Notes under the pieces: model-generated
Told to the model about the DNA's origin: nothing
The model's input: the letters and a program-made list of their open reading frames with translations, nothing else
Databases searched by the model: none
Translations under genes and position numbers: made by a program
NCBI GenBank assembly: GCA_038249085.1
Contig: JBBRWR010000010.1
Location: 11,009 to 75,008 of the forward strand
Source of the DNA: Opitutales bacterium
Lineage (GTDB): Bacteria > Verrucomicrobiota > Verrucomicrobiia > Opitutales > Opitutaceae
Reading direction: 5' to 3'
Length of the DNA: 64,000 bases
Shown: positions 17,357 through 26,852 of the stretch, piece by piece
Position numbering within the stretch: the first letter of the stretch is position 1
Layout of the letters: every line of letters starts with the position of its first letter

Positions 17357-20300
17357 TCTTCGACCCGATTCCGCAATGACCAGACCGGCGGTAGGAGCGG
17401 CTTTACGCCGCGACTCCAGGTCCGGTCGCGGCGTAAAGCCGCATCTACATGTCGCCCGCCTCATCGCCTTCAGTCTCGCCGGGACCCTCGGCGGAGCGGC
17501 GGCCACCGCGGACCCCGAGGCGGCCGTGTTTGCCGCGCCGCCCGCCGCGTACCACCCCGAAACCTGGTTTCACCTCATCGGCGGCAATGTCTCCAAGCCC
17601 GGTCTCACGGCCGATCTCGAGGCCATCGCGGGCGCCGGGATCGCGGGCATTCAACTCTTTCACGGCTCCGGGAGCGCGTGGCCCGGCGTGGCCCCGCAGA
17701 TCCAGACGCTGAGCCCGGCGTGGGACGGCATGATCGCCCACGTGGCCGACGAGACCAAGCGCCTCGGCCTGCGCTTCACCATGCAGAACTGCCCCGGTTG
17801 GGCGATGTCCGGCGGGCCGTGGATTACGCCGGACAAGGCCATGCGCCACTTGATCTGGAGCCGCACCGAGGTTCGAGGCGGAGCCGAAGTCGCGGTGGCG
17901 CTGGCGCGGCCGCAGCCCAGTGCGGAGGTTTGGCGCGATTATCGCGATGTCGCGGTGATGGCGTTCCCCACGCCGGCCGACGATGACGGGCGGCCTTTGG
18001 CTCCGGTCAGCGTGCGGAGCAATCGACCCAAACTGCCCTGGGCGGAGGTGGTCGCCGGCCAGCCCAACGCCAAACTCCGGATTGAGCCCGGCGCCGAGCC
18101 CGCCTGGTTGGAGGTGACGTTTGCCGAGTCAACGCTGCTGCGCTCCCTCGAGCTTCCGCCCACCGAGGTGCTGCTGGTGCGGCGGATATTCGATCCCGCC
18201 GCGGCGATTCGCGTGCAGGCATCGACCGTTGGCGGCTGGGTCGACGTCGCGCGGCGGGAGATTCCCCGCGGCAACTGGCAGGATCGGACCTGGGACGAAC
18301 GCCCGCTCGTGCTGGCGCTGCCGGATCACCCGGCACGCACGTTTCGGCTCACGTTTGAAAACCAGACCCCGCTGGAGCTGCCCTATTTGCGGTTATCCTC
18401 GGCCGCGCGGATCCACGACTGGCAGGGACAGGCGGGCTACGTGCTGCGCAGCCTCGATCGCAGTCCGCCGCCGATCCAGGATCGCGCGGCGTGGGTGGCA
18501 GGGAAAGACGTGCTCGATCTCAGCCGTTTCGTGGGCGCGGAGGGCAAGCTGACCTGGACCGCACCGGCCGGGGCGTGGACCGTGCTGCGTTTCGGCCATG
18601 TGAACACCGGCGCGAAAAACAAGCCCGCGCCGCCCGAGGCCACCGGCTTCGAGTGCGACAAATTCTCCCCGGCCGGCGCCGAGCAGCACTTCGCCGGTTA
18701 TATTGGCCGGGTCTCCGCGCCGGGCGGACCGGCCGACGGCGGGCGGCTGCAGGGCATGCTGATCGACAGCTGGGAATGTTACACGCAGTCGTGGACCCCG
18801 GCGATGGAAACGGAGTTCGCGGCGCGGCGCGGCTACGCCCTCCGCGCGTGGCTCCCGGCGCTCGCGGGTTGGGTGGTCGGCGACCACCTCACGAGCGAGC
18901 GTTTCCTGCGCGACTGGCGGGCGACGATCAGCGATCTGCTGGTCGACAATTATTTTGGCCGCCTCGCCGCCCTGGCGCGCGCCCGCGGCATGAAGCTCTC
19001 CTTCGAAGCCGCGGCCGGCGACGTGTCGCCGGGCGACATCCTGCAATACTACAGCAAGGCGGACATTCCCATGTGCGAGTTCTGGCAGCCCAACGATCCG
19101 CATGGGGGCGGACTCGAGACCAAGCCCATCGCGCCCGCGACCTCCGCCGGTCATGTCTATGGCAAGCCGGTCATTGCCGCCGAGGCGTTCACCAGCGCGC
19201 CGCTGCGGTGGGATGAACACCCCTTCATGCTGAAGCACATGGCCGACCTGAACTACACCCGCGGGGTCAACCATCTGGTCTTTCACACCTACACGCACAA
19301 CCCGCGCCTCGATGTGGTGCCCGGCACTTCGTTTGGTTCCCGGATCGGCACGCCCTTCCTGCGCGGCCAGACGTGGTGGCGCCACATGCCGCTCTTCACG
19401 ACGTATCTGGCGCGCTGCGAATACCTGCTCCAACAGGGCCAGCCCGTGGCCGACGTACTCTGGTACCTCGGCGACGACCTCGATCACAAGCCGCGCTCCG
19501 ATGAACCGTTTCCCGCCGGTTACCATTTCGACTACGTCAACGCCGATGTGCTGCAGCACCGCCTCAACGTGGTCGGCGGCGAACTGCGCATCCCCGAAGG
19601 AGCCGCCTGGAAGGTGCTCTGGCTCCCCCCGGCCCATTGCCAGCGCCTCACCGTCGCGACCCTCGGTCGCCTGCGCCTGCTCCTGCAGCAGGGCGCGACC
19701 GTGATCGGCGATCCCCCCCCGGGACAACGCCTCGCTGAGCGGCGGGGCGGAGGCCGAGCGGGAGTGGGTTGCCCTTGTGCGGGAGTTGTGGGGGACCCCG
19801 GCTGCGGCCACCGGGGATCGTCGCCTCGGCGCCGGTCGCCTGGTGTGGGGTGGGGGATTGGAGACGGTGCTGCCACGTCTCGGTCTGGCGCCGGACGTCG
19901 GGGGCGCGTCCGCCACCACCTGGTGTCACCGCCGCAGCGATACGGATGAAGTTTATTTCGTCGCGGCCGATCGACAGGCGCCGCTGCAGGCCAACCTGAC
20001 GTTCCGGGCGCAGGGTGATCCGGAGTTCTGGGACCCACTCACCGGCACCCGCCGGCCGGTCGCGGTCTTTCAGCGTGACGGGGTGCACACGCGCATCCCG
20101 ATGGATCTGCCGGCGGCCGGTGCGGTGTTCGTGATCTTCCGCCCCGGCAACCGCGTTCCGGACGCGACCCGCCTCGAACGCGAGGGCGTAACGCTGGTCG
20201 ATGCCCGCGACGCGACGCGGGTCGATCCCGGCGTCCCTCCGCCCACTCAGGGGCTGAAACCCAATGAGCCCGTGCAGCCCTGGGTGGAAAATCCCGCCCC

Positions 20301-20901
20301 GGCCTGCGAGGTGCTCGAGGGTGGCCGGCGCCTGCTCGCCTGGGAACCCGGACGCTACACGCTCACGCGGAACGACCGGTCGACGGTTGCGGTGGTTGCC
20401 TCCGGCCCACGCACTGTTCCGGTGCCGGGACCCTGGACCCTGTCCTTCCCGGCGGGCTGGGACGCGCCCGCGCCTCTCACGCTACCGACCCTCCAACCCT
20501 GGTCTGCGCTCACCGATCCGGCGACCCGCGCTTTTGCGGGCACGGCCACCTACGCCGCCACGTTCACGCTGGAAACGGTCGATCCGGATACGCGCGTGCT
20601 CCTCGACCTCGGCCGCGTGGCGGTGATCGCGGAAGTGGTCGTCAACGGGCACTCCGCCGCGACCCTGTGGGGCGCGCCGTATCGGAAGGAGATCACGCCG
20701 TATGTTTCGGCCGGGATGAACCGGATCGAAATCAAGGTGACCAACCCCTGGTTCAACCGCCTCGCCTACGACGCGTCGCTGCCGGAAGGGAAACGAAAGA
20801 CCTGGGCAATCAACAGCCCGAAGGCGGGCACGCCGCTTGAGCTGGCCGGCCTGGTTGGGCCGGTAGTCGTGCGGATCGGAAGAGTTTGCTCCGCGGAATA
20901 A
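17349..20901 (+). pseudogene. GH106-like glycosidase (alpha-L-rhamnosidase-type with GH2 sugar-binding-like C-terminus), split by a frameshift in a C8 run
   Basis: ORFs 17349-19949 and 19777-20901 are the N- and C-terminal parts of one protein. The N part includes ETWFHLIGGNVSKPGLTADLEAIAGAGIAGIQLFHG. The C part includes RLGAGRLVWGGGLETVLPRLGLAPDV...NGHSAATLWGAPY...IEIKVTNPWFNRL. The frames meet at CCCCCCCC, nt 19713-19720. Confidence 0.75.
17391..17448. repeat. REPIN-like inverted doublet, family C
   Basis: GTAGGAGCGGCTTTACGCCGCGA - 12-nt loop - TCGCGGCGTAAAGCCGCATCTAC, with a perfect 17-bp stem. A second copy lies at 48086-48143 and a half copy at 63362-63384. Confidence 0.85.
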
Positions 20902-20927
20902 AGACAGTGCCTAATCCCCAGGTTCGG

Positions 20928-21004
20928 GTGGGTGGGGTGCCCTCACCCCGCCAGTTGCCGTGGCGGTGCCCGAGTCGTCGCGGGGTGGGGGCACCCCGCC
21001 TACA
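20928..21004. repeat. REP-like palindromic repeat, family B
   Basis: GTGGGTGGGGTGCCCTCACCCCGCC...GCGGGGTGGGGGCACCCCGCCTACA. A second copy lies at 49248-49318. On the reverse strand it reads GTAGG followed by a GC hairpin. Confidence 0.8.
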
Positions 21005-21019
21005 CCTTCTTTTCTTACC

Positions 21020-23260
21020 ATGAAGCTTGCCGTTACCCTGTCCTGCCTGCTCGCGGGCGCGTTGATTGCGCCCGCCTTTGCTGCGTCGACGTTGACGCTC
21101 ACGCTCGATCCGGCCGCCGCCGGGCCGGGAAAATTTGCCGCCGACGAAATCCGGCGCGAAGCGGCGGCGCGCGGCTTGACCGTTGTCGCGGAGGGTTCCG
21201 GTGGGCCCGCCGCGGCCACCCGCGTCGTGCTCACCGTCGGCGCGCCGGCGGGCGGGGCCCAGAGTTATGGCATCCGGGTGCAGCGGGCCAACGGCCGCAT
21301 GATCGTCACGGTGCGCGGGGCTGATGCCGCGGGGGCGATGTACGGCGGCCTCGATATCGCGGAGGCGATTCGCACGGGCACCCTCGAGACCCTGGCCGAC
21401 TCCGACCACGCCCCGCACCTCGAGCAGCGCGGCCTCAAGGTCAACATCCCCCTCGATCTGCGCACCCCGAGTTACACCGATCCTTCGGATGCCGCGCAGG
21501 CCAACATCCCGGAGATGTGGAGCAGGGAGTTCTGGCGCGAGTTCCTGGACGACATGGCGCGCCACCGCTACAATGTGCTCACGCTTTGGAGCCTGCACCC
21601 CTTCCCGAGCATCGTGAAGGTGCCGGAGTTCCCCCACGTCGCGCTGGATGACGTCTGGCGGACCACGGCGAAGCTGGATGAAAAATTCAGCGGCAGTGGC
21701 GACAACTTCGTGCGGCCGGAGATGCTGGCGCAGCACGAGGTGGTGATGAAGCTGACCATCGACGAAAAGATCCGGTTCTGGCGCGACGTCATGGCCCTGG
21801 CGCGGGACCGCGGCGTCGACGTGTATTGGTTTACCTGGAACATCTTTCTCAACGGTGCCGTCGGGCAGGACGGGATCACGGCGGACAAGGGCGCACCGCG
21901 CACGATCGAATACTTCCGCGCCAGCGTGCGGGAGACGATCAAGACCTACCCCCTGCTCGCCGGCTTCGGCATCACCGCTGGCGAAAGCATGCCGGCCACC
22001 GTCGGCGGGATGGGCAAGGAGCAATGGCTCTGGCAAACCTACGGCGAGGGCATTCGCGATGCGCTCAAAGATGATTCCGGCCGAAAATTCCGGCTCATCC
22101 ACCGTTTCCACATGACGGGACTGGGCGACATCCAGACCGCGTTTGCGGAGCTCCCGTGTCGCCTGGACCTCAGTTTCAAATACGCCATCGCCCACATGTA
22201 TTCGGTGCCCCGCCCGCCGATGATCACCCCGGTCCTGCCCTTGCTCAGTCCCCGGCTCCGCTCCTGGCTGACCGTGCGCAATGACGACATCTACAGCTTC
22301 CGCTGGGCCGACCTCGACTTCGCCCGCGCCTTCATCAAGGCCATCCCCGGGCCCGACAAGGTTGCCGGGTTCTACATGGGCACGGACGGGTACCTCTGGG
22401 GGCGCGATTTCCTGACCAAGGATCCCGCCGGTCCGCGGGAGACGGTGATGCAGAAACAGTGGCTGTCCTTTGCGCTGTGGGGCCGTCTCGCCTACGAGCC
22501 CGATCTGCCGGCGGCGACGTTTGATCGGCTGGTGGCGGCGCGCTTCCCCGGCGCGGACGTGCCCCGGCTGACCGCCGCCTGGGCTGATGCGTCCAAGACG
22601 TTTCCCTACATCACGCGCTTCTTCTGGGGCGACATCGATGTGAAGTGGTTTCCGGAGGCGTGCCTGAGCCATCCGCGTTTTCGGGGCTACTATACGGTGC
22701 GACACTTCATCGAGGGCAGCACGATGCCGGGGAGCGGCGTGATGAACATCCTCGACTGGCGCCAGGGCGTGCTGGCCCACGAGCCGCCGGCGGGCACCAC
22801 TCCGCTCGAAATCGCCGCGACCCTGGAAACCAACGCGAACCAGGCGCTCGCCGCGCTCCCGTCACTCCGCCGCGGCGGCGTGGCCCCGGTCGGTAACGCC
22901 CGCGAGTACGCCGCGACGCTCGGCGACATCGAGGCGATGGCGCAGCTGGGTCATTATTACGCCGCCAAGATTCGCGGCGCCTGTGAACTCGCCCTCTTCG
23001 ATCGGACCGGCGACGTCGCGCGCCAGGCTGCCGCCGTGCGCCACCTCGAGACGGCGCTCCAGCACTGGCAGGCTTACGCCGCCGCCTACACGCGCCAGTA
23101 CGTCCAGCCCGTGCTCTACAACCGCGTTGGTTTCGTCGACATCCCGCAACTCGTCGCGCAGGCCGCCGCCGATGTGCAGCTGGCCCGCGACTGGAAGGCC
23201 GGCACCATCAACGAGGCGGTGATCAAGCGCTCCGGCACCGAAGCGGGCTTCAAGAAATAG
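21020..23260 (+). CDS. putative secreted glycoside hydrolase (GH20b/GH67-N-like domain plus TIM-barrel-like body), family unassigned
   Basis: The ATG at 21020 gives the signal peptide MKLAVTLSCLLAGALIAPAFA. A GH20b-type N-domain pattern is present (SYGIRV...MIVTVRGADAAGAMYGGLDIAEAI). It is followed by HLEQRGLKVNIPLD...RYNVLTLWSLHPF. Confidence 0.7.
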   Translation: MKLAVTLSCLLAGALIAPAFAASTLTLTLDPAAAGPGKFAADEIRREAAARGLTVVAEGSGGPAAATRVVLTVGAPAGGAQSYGIRVQRANGRMIVTVRGADAAGAMYGGLDIAEAIRTGTLETLADSDHAPHLEQRGLKVNIPLDLRTPSYTDPSDAAQANIPEMWSREFWREFLDDMARHRYNVLTLWSLHPFPSIVKVPEFPHVALDDVWRTTAKLDEKFSGSGDNFVRPEMLAQHEVVMKLTIDEKIRFWRDVMALARDRGVDVYWFTWNIFLNGAVGQDGITADKGAPRTIEYFRASVRETIKTYPLLAGFGITAGESMPATVGGMGKEQWLWQTYGEGIRDALKDDSGRKFRLIHRFHMTGLGDIQTAFAELPCRLDLSFKYAIAHMYSVPRPPMITPVLPLLSPRLRSWLTVRNDDIYSFRWADLDFARAFIKAIPGPDKVAGFYMGTDGYLWGRDFLTKDPAGPRETVMQKQWLSFALWGRLAYEPDLPAATFDRLVAARFPGADVPRLTAAWADASKTFPYITRFFWGDIDVKWFPEACLSHPRFRGYYTVRHFIEGSTMPGSGVMNILDWRQGVLAHEPPAGTTPLEIAATLETNANQALAALPSLRRGGVAPVGNAREYAATLGDIEAMAQLGHYYAAKIRGACELALFDRTGDVARQAAAVRHLETALQHWQAYAAAYTRQYVQPVLYNRVGFVDIPQLVAQAAADVQLARDWKAGTINEAVIKRSGTEAGFKK

Positions 23261-23291
23261 GCGCGGCCAACCGAGGTTCCCGGTGTACGGT

Positions 23292-23366
23292 GGCGGTGAA
23301 GGGACTCATCGCCCTACCCCCACCGAGGATCGTACGGGTGGGGCGCGGACTCCGCTCCGCGCCGGG
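23292..23366. repeat. REP-like palindromic repeat, family A (full unit)
   Basis: GGCGGTGAAGGGACTCATCGCCCTACC...GTACGGGTGGGGCGCGGACTCCGCTCCGCGCCGGG, near-identical to 15005-15080. Confidence 0.85.
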
Positions 23367-23488
23367 TGGGACCCATTCGTCGTGCCGGCTCGTTCCGGAC
23401 GCAAAACCACAAGAGATTCCCCACCTGCCCATGTCCTTTCCGGCCGGCGCCTGATACTCTGGATCGGCCTCTTCCCCCCGGCCCCTCC

Positions 23489-24961
23489 ATGCGCCCCAAC
23501 ATCCTCTTTGTCATGACTGATCAGCAGCGATTCGACACGATCGCCGCCCTCGGTCATGCCCCCGCGCACACGCCCAATCTGGATCGACTCGTCCGTCGCG
23601 GCCTCGCCTGCACCAACGCCTATTCCTCCTGCCCCGTGTGCGTGCCGGCGCGTTACACCCTGATGACGGGCTGCGAACCCTCCCAGACCAGTTGGCTCAG
23701 CAATTGGGCGCCGGCGGGGCGCGTGCGCGAGCGCTGCGGACCTTACCTGGCCGAGACGCTGGCGGCGCGGGGTTATCGCACCTGGGGCCTGGGCAAGTTT
23801 CACACCGAACCGCGCGATGAGCCCCTCGGCTTCGAAACCCACGAGTACAGCGAGGAGCTTTGGCCGACCGAGGCGGAGTTTGTCGCGGATGATTATGTGC
23901 GTTGGTTGCGCGCCCGGGCGCCGGATCTGGCCCACCTCGAGCAGGTGCACGGCGAGCGGAGCGATATGTACTACGTGCCGCAGATGCGACCGATGCCCGC
24001 CGCGCTCACCGGGGAGGCCTGGCTCGCCGGGCGGGCCGTGGAGGAATTGGGCCGGGACGATGCGCGCCCCTATTTCGGTTTCGTCTCGTTTGTGACCCCC
24101 CATCCGCCGATTGCTCCGCCGATCCCCTTCAACCGCATGTTCAATCCGGATGACATGCCGGATCCCCGGCTCGGTGATCCTGCGATCGACGCGGCCGACG
24201 ACTACCTCGCGTGGATGAACCATGCCGTCTGGGCGGAGAATATTTCGCCGCCGCAGGCCCGCCAGTTGCGGGCGCGCTATTTCGCCACCATCACCCATAT
24301 CGACCAGTGCCTCGGCCGGATCCTCGATGCCGTGGAGGCCCGGCCCGATGCCGACAACACGTTGATCTGTTTCTTCTCCGATCACGGCGATCATCTGGGC
24401 GATCACCGCGCGTGGCAAAAGGAGAGCTTTTTCGAGGCGTCGTGCCGGGTGCCGCTGCTCGTGAGCTGGCCGGACCGGCTGTCCGCCGGGACGCGCTACC
24501 CCGACCTCGCCGCCCTGACCGATCTCTTCGGTCTCGCGACCTCCGCCAGCGGCCGCCCGGAGCTGCGCGACGGCCATGATTTGCTCAACGCGTTGCGGGC
24601 CGCCGCGTCGCCGCGCGCGTCGCTGATCGGCATGTTTGGCACGCCCGGCACCCGGCACTTCAAGTGCATGGTCCGGCGCGGGGACTGGAAATATGTCTGG
24701 CTCGCCAACGGCGGACGTGAACTCCTCTTCAACGTGCGCACCGACCCCGCTGAATCCCGTTCCTGGCTGGCGGACGAACCCGCCACTGCGGCCGCCCTCC
24801 GGGCCGAGGCGATCGGCGTGCTCTCCGCCCGGGAGCTGACGCGGCCGGCGGTCGTGGACGGAGCGCTGCAGGCGTTGCCGTTCGAGCCCTTCCCCCGCGT
24901 GCGCATCAAGCAGTTTGCCCGCGGGGTGACGGATTATGGCCAGGGTCCCACGACCTCCTGA
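23489..24961 (+). CDS. Cys-type sulfatase without signal peptide (predicted cytoplasmic)
   Basis: The ATG at 23489 gives MRPNILFVMTDQQRFD...HTPNLDRL...SSCPVCVPARYTLMTG (C-x-P-x-R formylglycine motif). The stop overlaps the next gene's start (TGATG). Confidence 0.9.
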   Translation: MRPNILFVMTDQQRFDTIAALGHAPAHTPNLDRLVRRGLACTNAYSSCPVCVPARYTLMTGCEPSQTSWLSNWAPAGRVRERCGPYLAETLAARGYRTWGLGKFHTEPRDEPLGFETHEYSEELWPTEAEFVADDYVRWLRARAPDLAHLEQVHGERSDMYYVPQMRPMPAALTGEAWLAGRAVEELGRDDARPYFGFVSFVTPHPPIAPPIPFNRMFNPDDMPDPRLGDPAIDAADDYLAWMNHAVWAENISPPQARQLRARYFATITHIDQCLGRILDAVEARPDADNTLICFFSDHGDHLGDHRAWQKESFFEASCRVPLLVSWPDRLSAGTRYPDLAALTDLFGLATSASGRPELRDGHDLLNALRAAASPRASLIGMFGTPGTRHFKCMVRRGDWKYVWLANGGRELLFNVRTDPAESRSWLADEPATAAALRAEAIGVLSARELTRPAVVDGALQALPFEPFPRVRIKQFARGVTDYGQGPTTS

Positions 24962-26394
24962 TGGCGACCCCGGCACCCACTCCCCCCGGGCGTATCGACC
25001 CGGCTGACACGCCCGCGGGCGAACACGTGCCGCTCGGCACCCGCGTGGCTTATGGGTCGTCGGCCTTTGCCGAGAACATCGCGATCAACTCGGTCAACCA
25101 GAACGCCAACGCCGTCTTCAACCTCGCGCTGGGCGTGAACCCGGTGCTGGTCGGCACGGCCCTGGCGCTGCCCCGCCTGTGGGACGCGGTCATGGATCCC
25201 TGGATTGGATCGTTGAGCGATCATTGCCAGTCCCGGTGGGGCCGCCGCCGCCCCTTCATCTTGGTCGGGGCCATTCTCACCGCGATCTGCACGGCGGGCA
25301 TCTGGTTCTTCCCGTCGGGACACTCCCCGATGTTTTACTTTGGCTGGCTCGCGGGCGGGTCGTTCCTGCTGGCGACCGCCTACAGCATCTTCGTGGTGCC
25401 CTACGGGGCCCTGGGCCTCGAACTCACCCGCGACTACCATGAGCGCACGCGGCTGATGGGTACGAAGTCGATGCTCCACAAGTCGTCGGGCGTGATTAAC
25501 CAGTGGTTGCTGAAGCTCGTGCTCTGGGCGGGCAAAAACAACCTCGTCGCGGGCAGCCGGATCTGCGGCGTCGTGCTCGGCTTTATCGTGGCGACTCTGG
25601 GCGCCATTACCGTGTGGCGGGTGCCGGAACGCCCGCAGCCCGCACGGCCGGCCGGGCCCAGGTTGTCGGTCTGGCGCGGCTGGAAGGAGACGATGAAGCG
25701 GCGGGATTTCAGGCTGCTCATCGCCGCGCAGGTGTTCATCTACGCGAGCATCCTGGTGATCGACAACACGGGTTTCTACCTGAATGTCTTCTACGTGAAC
25801 GGCGGCGACATGGCCCGCGGTGCGCTGTTGAAGGGCGCGGCCGGGTCATGTTTCCAGATTGGCGGACTGCTCTCGATTCCCGGCATTGTCTGGCTCAGCC
25901 GCCGGTTCGGAAAAAAGAACGCCTTCCTGCTCTGCACCGCGACGATCATGCTCGCGGGGATCGCGAAGTGGTTCTGCTACGTGCCGGGCGGCGGCTGGCT
26001 GCTCGTCATCCCCTCCCTGCTGCTCGCGCCCGGATTGGTGGCGGTGATGGTGCTCGTGCCCTCGATGACGGCCGACATCTGCGATCTCGACGAGGTCGTC
26101 ACCGGTGAGCGCCGCGAGGGCATGTTCAACGCCGTCCTCGGATGGATGCTCAAGGTGGCGCTGTCCGGTTCCTATTTTCTGGCGGGTCTCGTGCTCGACC
26201 TCACCGGCTGGCAAACCAGCCTGAAGGAGGCCCAGTCGCCCGAGACCTACCTGACCATGCGCATCGCCTTTTCGGCGGGGACCATTCTCTTCGCGCTCAT
26301 CGCGGCCGCCCTGATCAGCGGCTACCGCGTGACCGAGGAGACCGTCGCCGAGTCGCGCCGCGCCGTGCAACGCGCCCGGGCGGCGGGCGCCTGA
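24961..26394 (+). CDS. MFS glycoside-pentoside-hexuronide (GPH) family cation symporter
   Basis: 477-aa polytopic ORF. A GPH/MelB-type N-terminal block is present (VAYGSSAFAENIA...LPRLWDAVMDPWIGSLSD...RRRPFILVGAI). Confidence 0.9.
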   Translation: MATPAPTPPGRIDPADTPAGEHVPLGTRVAYGSSAFAENIAINSVNQNANAVFNLALGVNPVLVGTALALPRLWDAVMDPWIGSLSDHCQSRWGRRRPFILVGAILTAICTAGIWFFPSGHSPMFYFGWLAGGSFLLATAYSIFVVPYGALGLELTRDYHERTRLMGTKSMLHKSSGVINQWLLKLVLWAGKNNLVAGSRICGVVLGFIVATLGAITVWRVPERPQPARPAGPRLSVWRGWKETMKRRDFRLLIAAQVFIYASILVIDNTGFYLNVFYVNGGDMARGALLKGAAGSCFQIGGLLSIPGIVWLSRRFGKKNAFLLCTATIMLAGIAKWFCYVPGGGWLLVIPSLLLAPGLVAVMVLVPSMTADICDLDEVVTGERREGMFNAVLGWMLKVALSGSYFLAGLVLDLTGWQTSLKEAQSPETYLTMRIAFSAGTILFALIAAALISGYRVTEETVAESRRAVQRARAAGA

Positions 26395-26852
26395 GCCGCG
26401 GCGATCTCCCGCACAACCCTTGGGGTAGGGCGGCGCGTCCTTTTGCCGCCGCAGTGGCCTGGCAATTTCCCTTCCGTCCGGTCCGGCGCGGAGCGGAGTC
26501 CGCCCCCTCCCAAGGTCCAAATCGTAAAATCCAATTTAGGGATGTGCGGATTCCCCGAGGTGTCATGCCCCCATTCCCCAGTCTTGACGCCGCTCGGGTC
26601 GAGGATGCGCTGGTGCAGGTAATCGAGCGGCGTCTGTTTTCGCGCCGCCAGTTTCCGCTTCATAACTTCGCCCAGCACGTCGTGACAACTGGGGCCGTAC
26701 TGAAAAACCGCACCCGGCTCGCGGGGACACGGGACGCCGATGGCGTGGTGGTAGGCGCGAACCTCCTCGAGCGTGGCGGAGCCGTCCTTGTTCGCGTCCA
26801 CGGCGTCGATAATTTCCGGCTGGGCCGGGTCCTCCGGCGGCGCGGGCGGCAA
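26322..26852 (-). CDS. hypothetical EF-hand protein (start and stop uncertain, possibly a relic)
   Basis: Roughly the first 110 codons have coding-like GC3 and an EF-hand loop (DANKDGSATLEEV). The listed start is TTG. The frame then reads through REP unit 26422-26507 and overlaps the 3' end of the symporter gene. Confidence 0.35.
   Translation of the reverse strand: MPPAPPEDPAQPEIIDAVDANKDGSATLEEVRAYHHAIGVPCPREPGAVFQYGPSCHDVLGEVMKRKLAARKQTPLDYLHQRILDPSGVKTGEWGHDTSGNPHIPKLDFTIWTLGGGGLRSAPDRTEGKLPGHCGGKRTRRPTPRVVREIAAAQAPAARARCTARRDSATVSSVTR
26422..26507. repeat. REP-like palindromic repeat, family A (inverted orientation)
   Basis: GGGGTAGGGCGGCGCGTCCTTTTGCCGCCGC...CCGGCGCGGAGCGGAGTCCGCCCCC is the reverse complement of the family A unit. 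Confidence 0.8.

Noticed and set aside
19705-19725. Programmed ribosomal frameshift in the GH106-like gene
   Set aside because: There is no X-XXY-YYZ slippery heptamer or obvious downstream stimulatory structure. A plain C8 homopolymer is more simply explained by an indel or sequencing error. It is kept only as a minor alternative.
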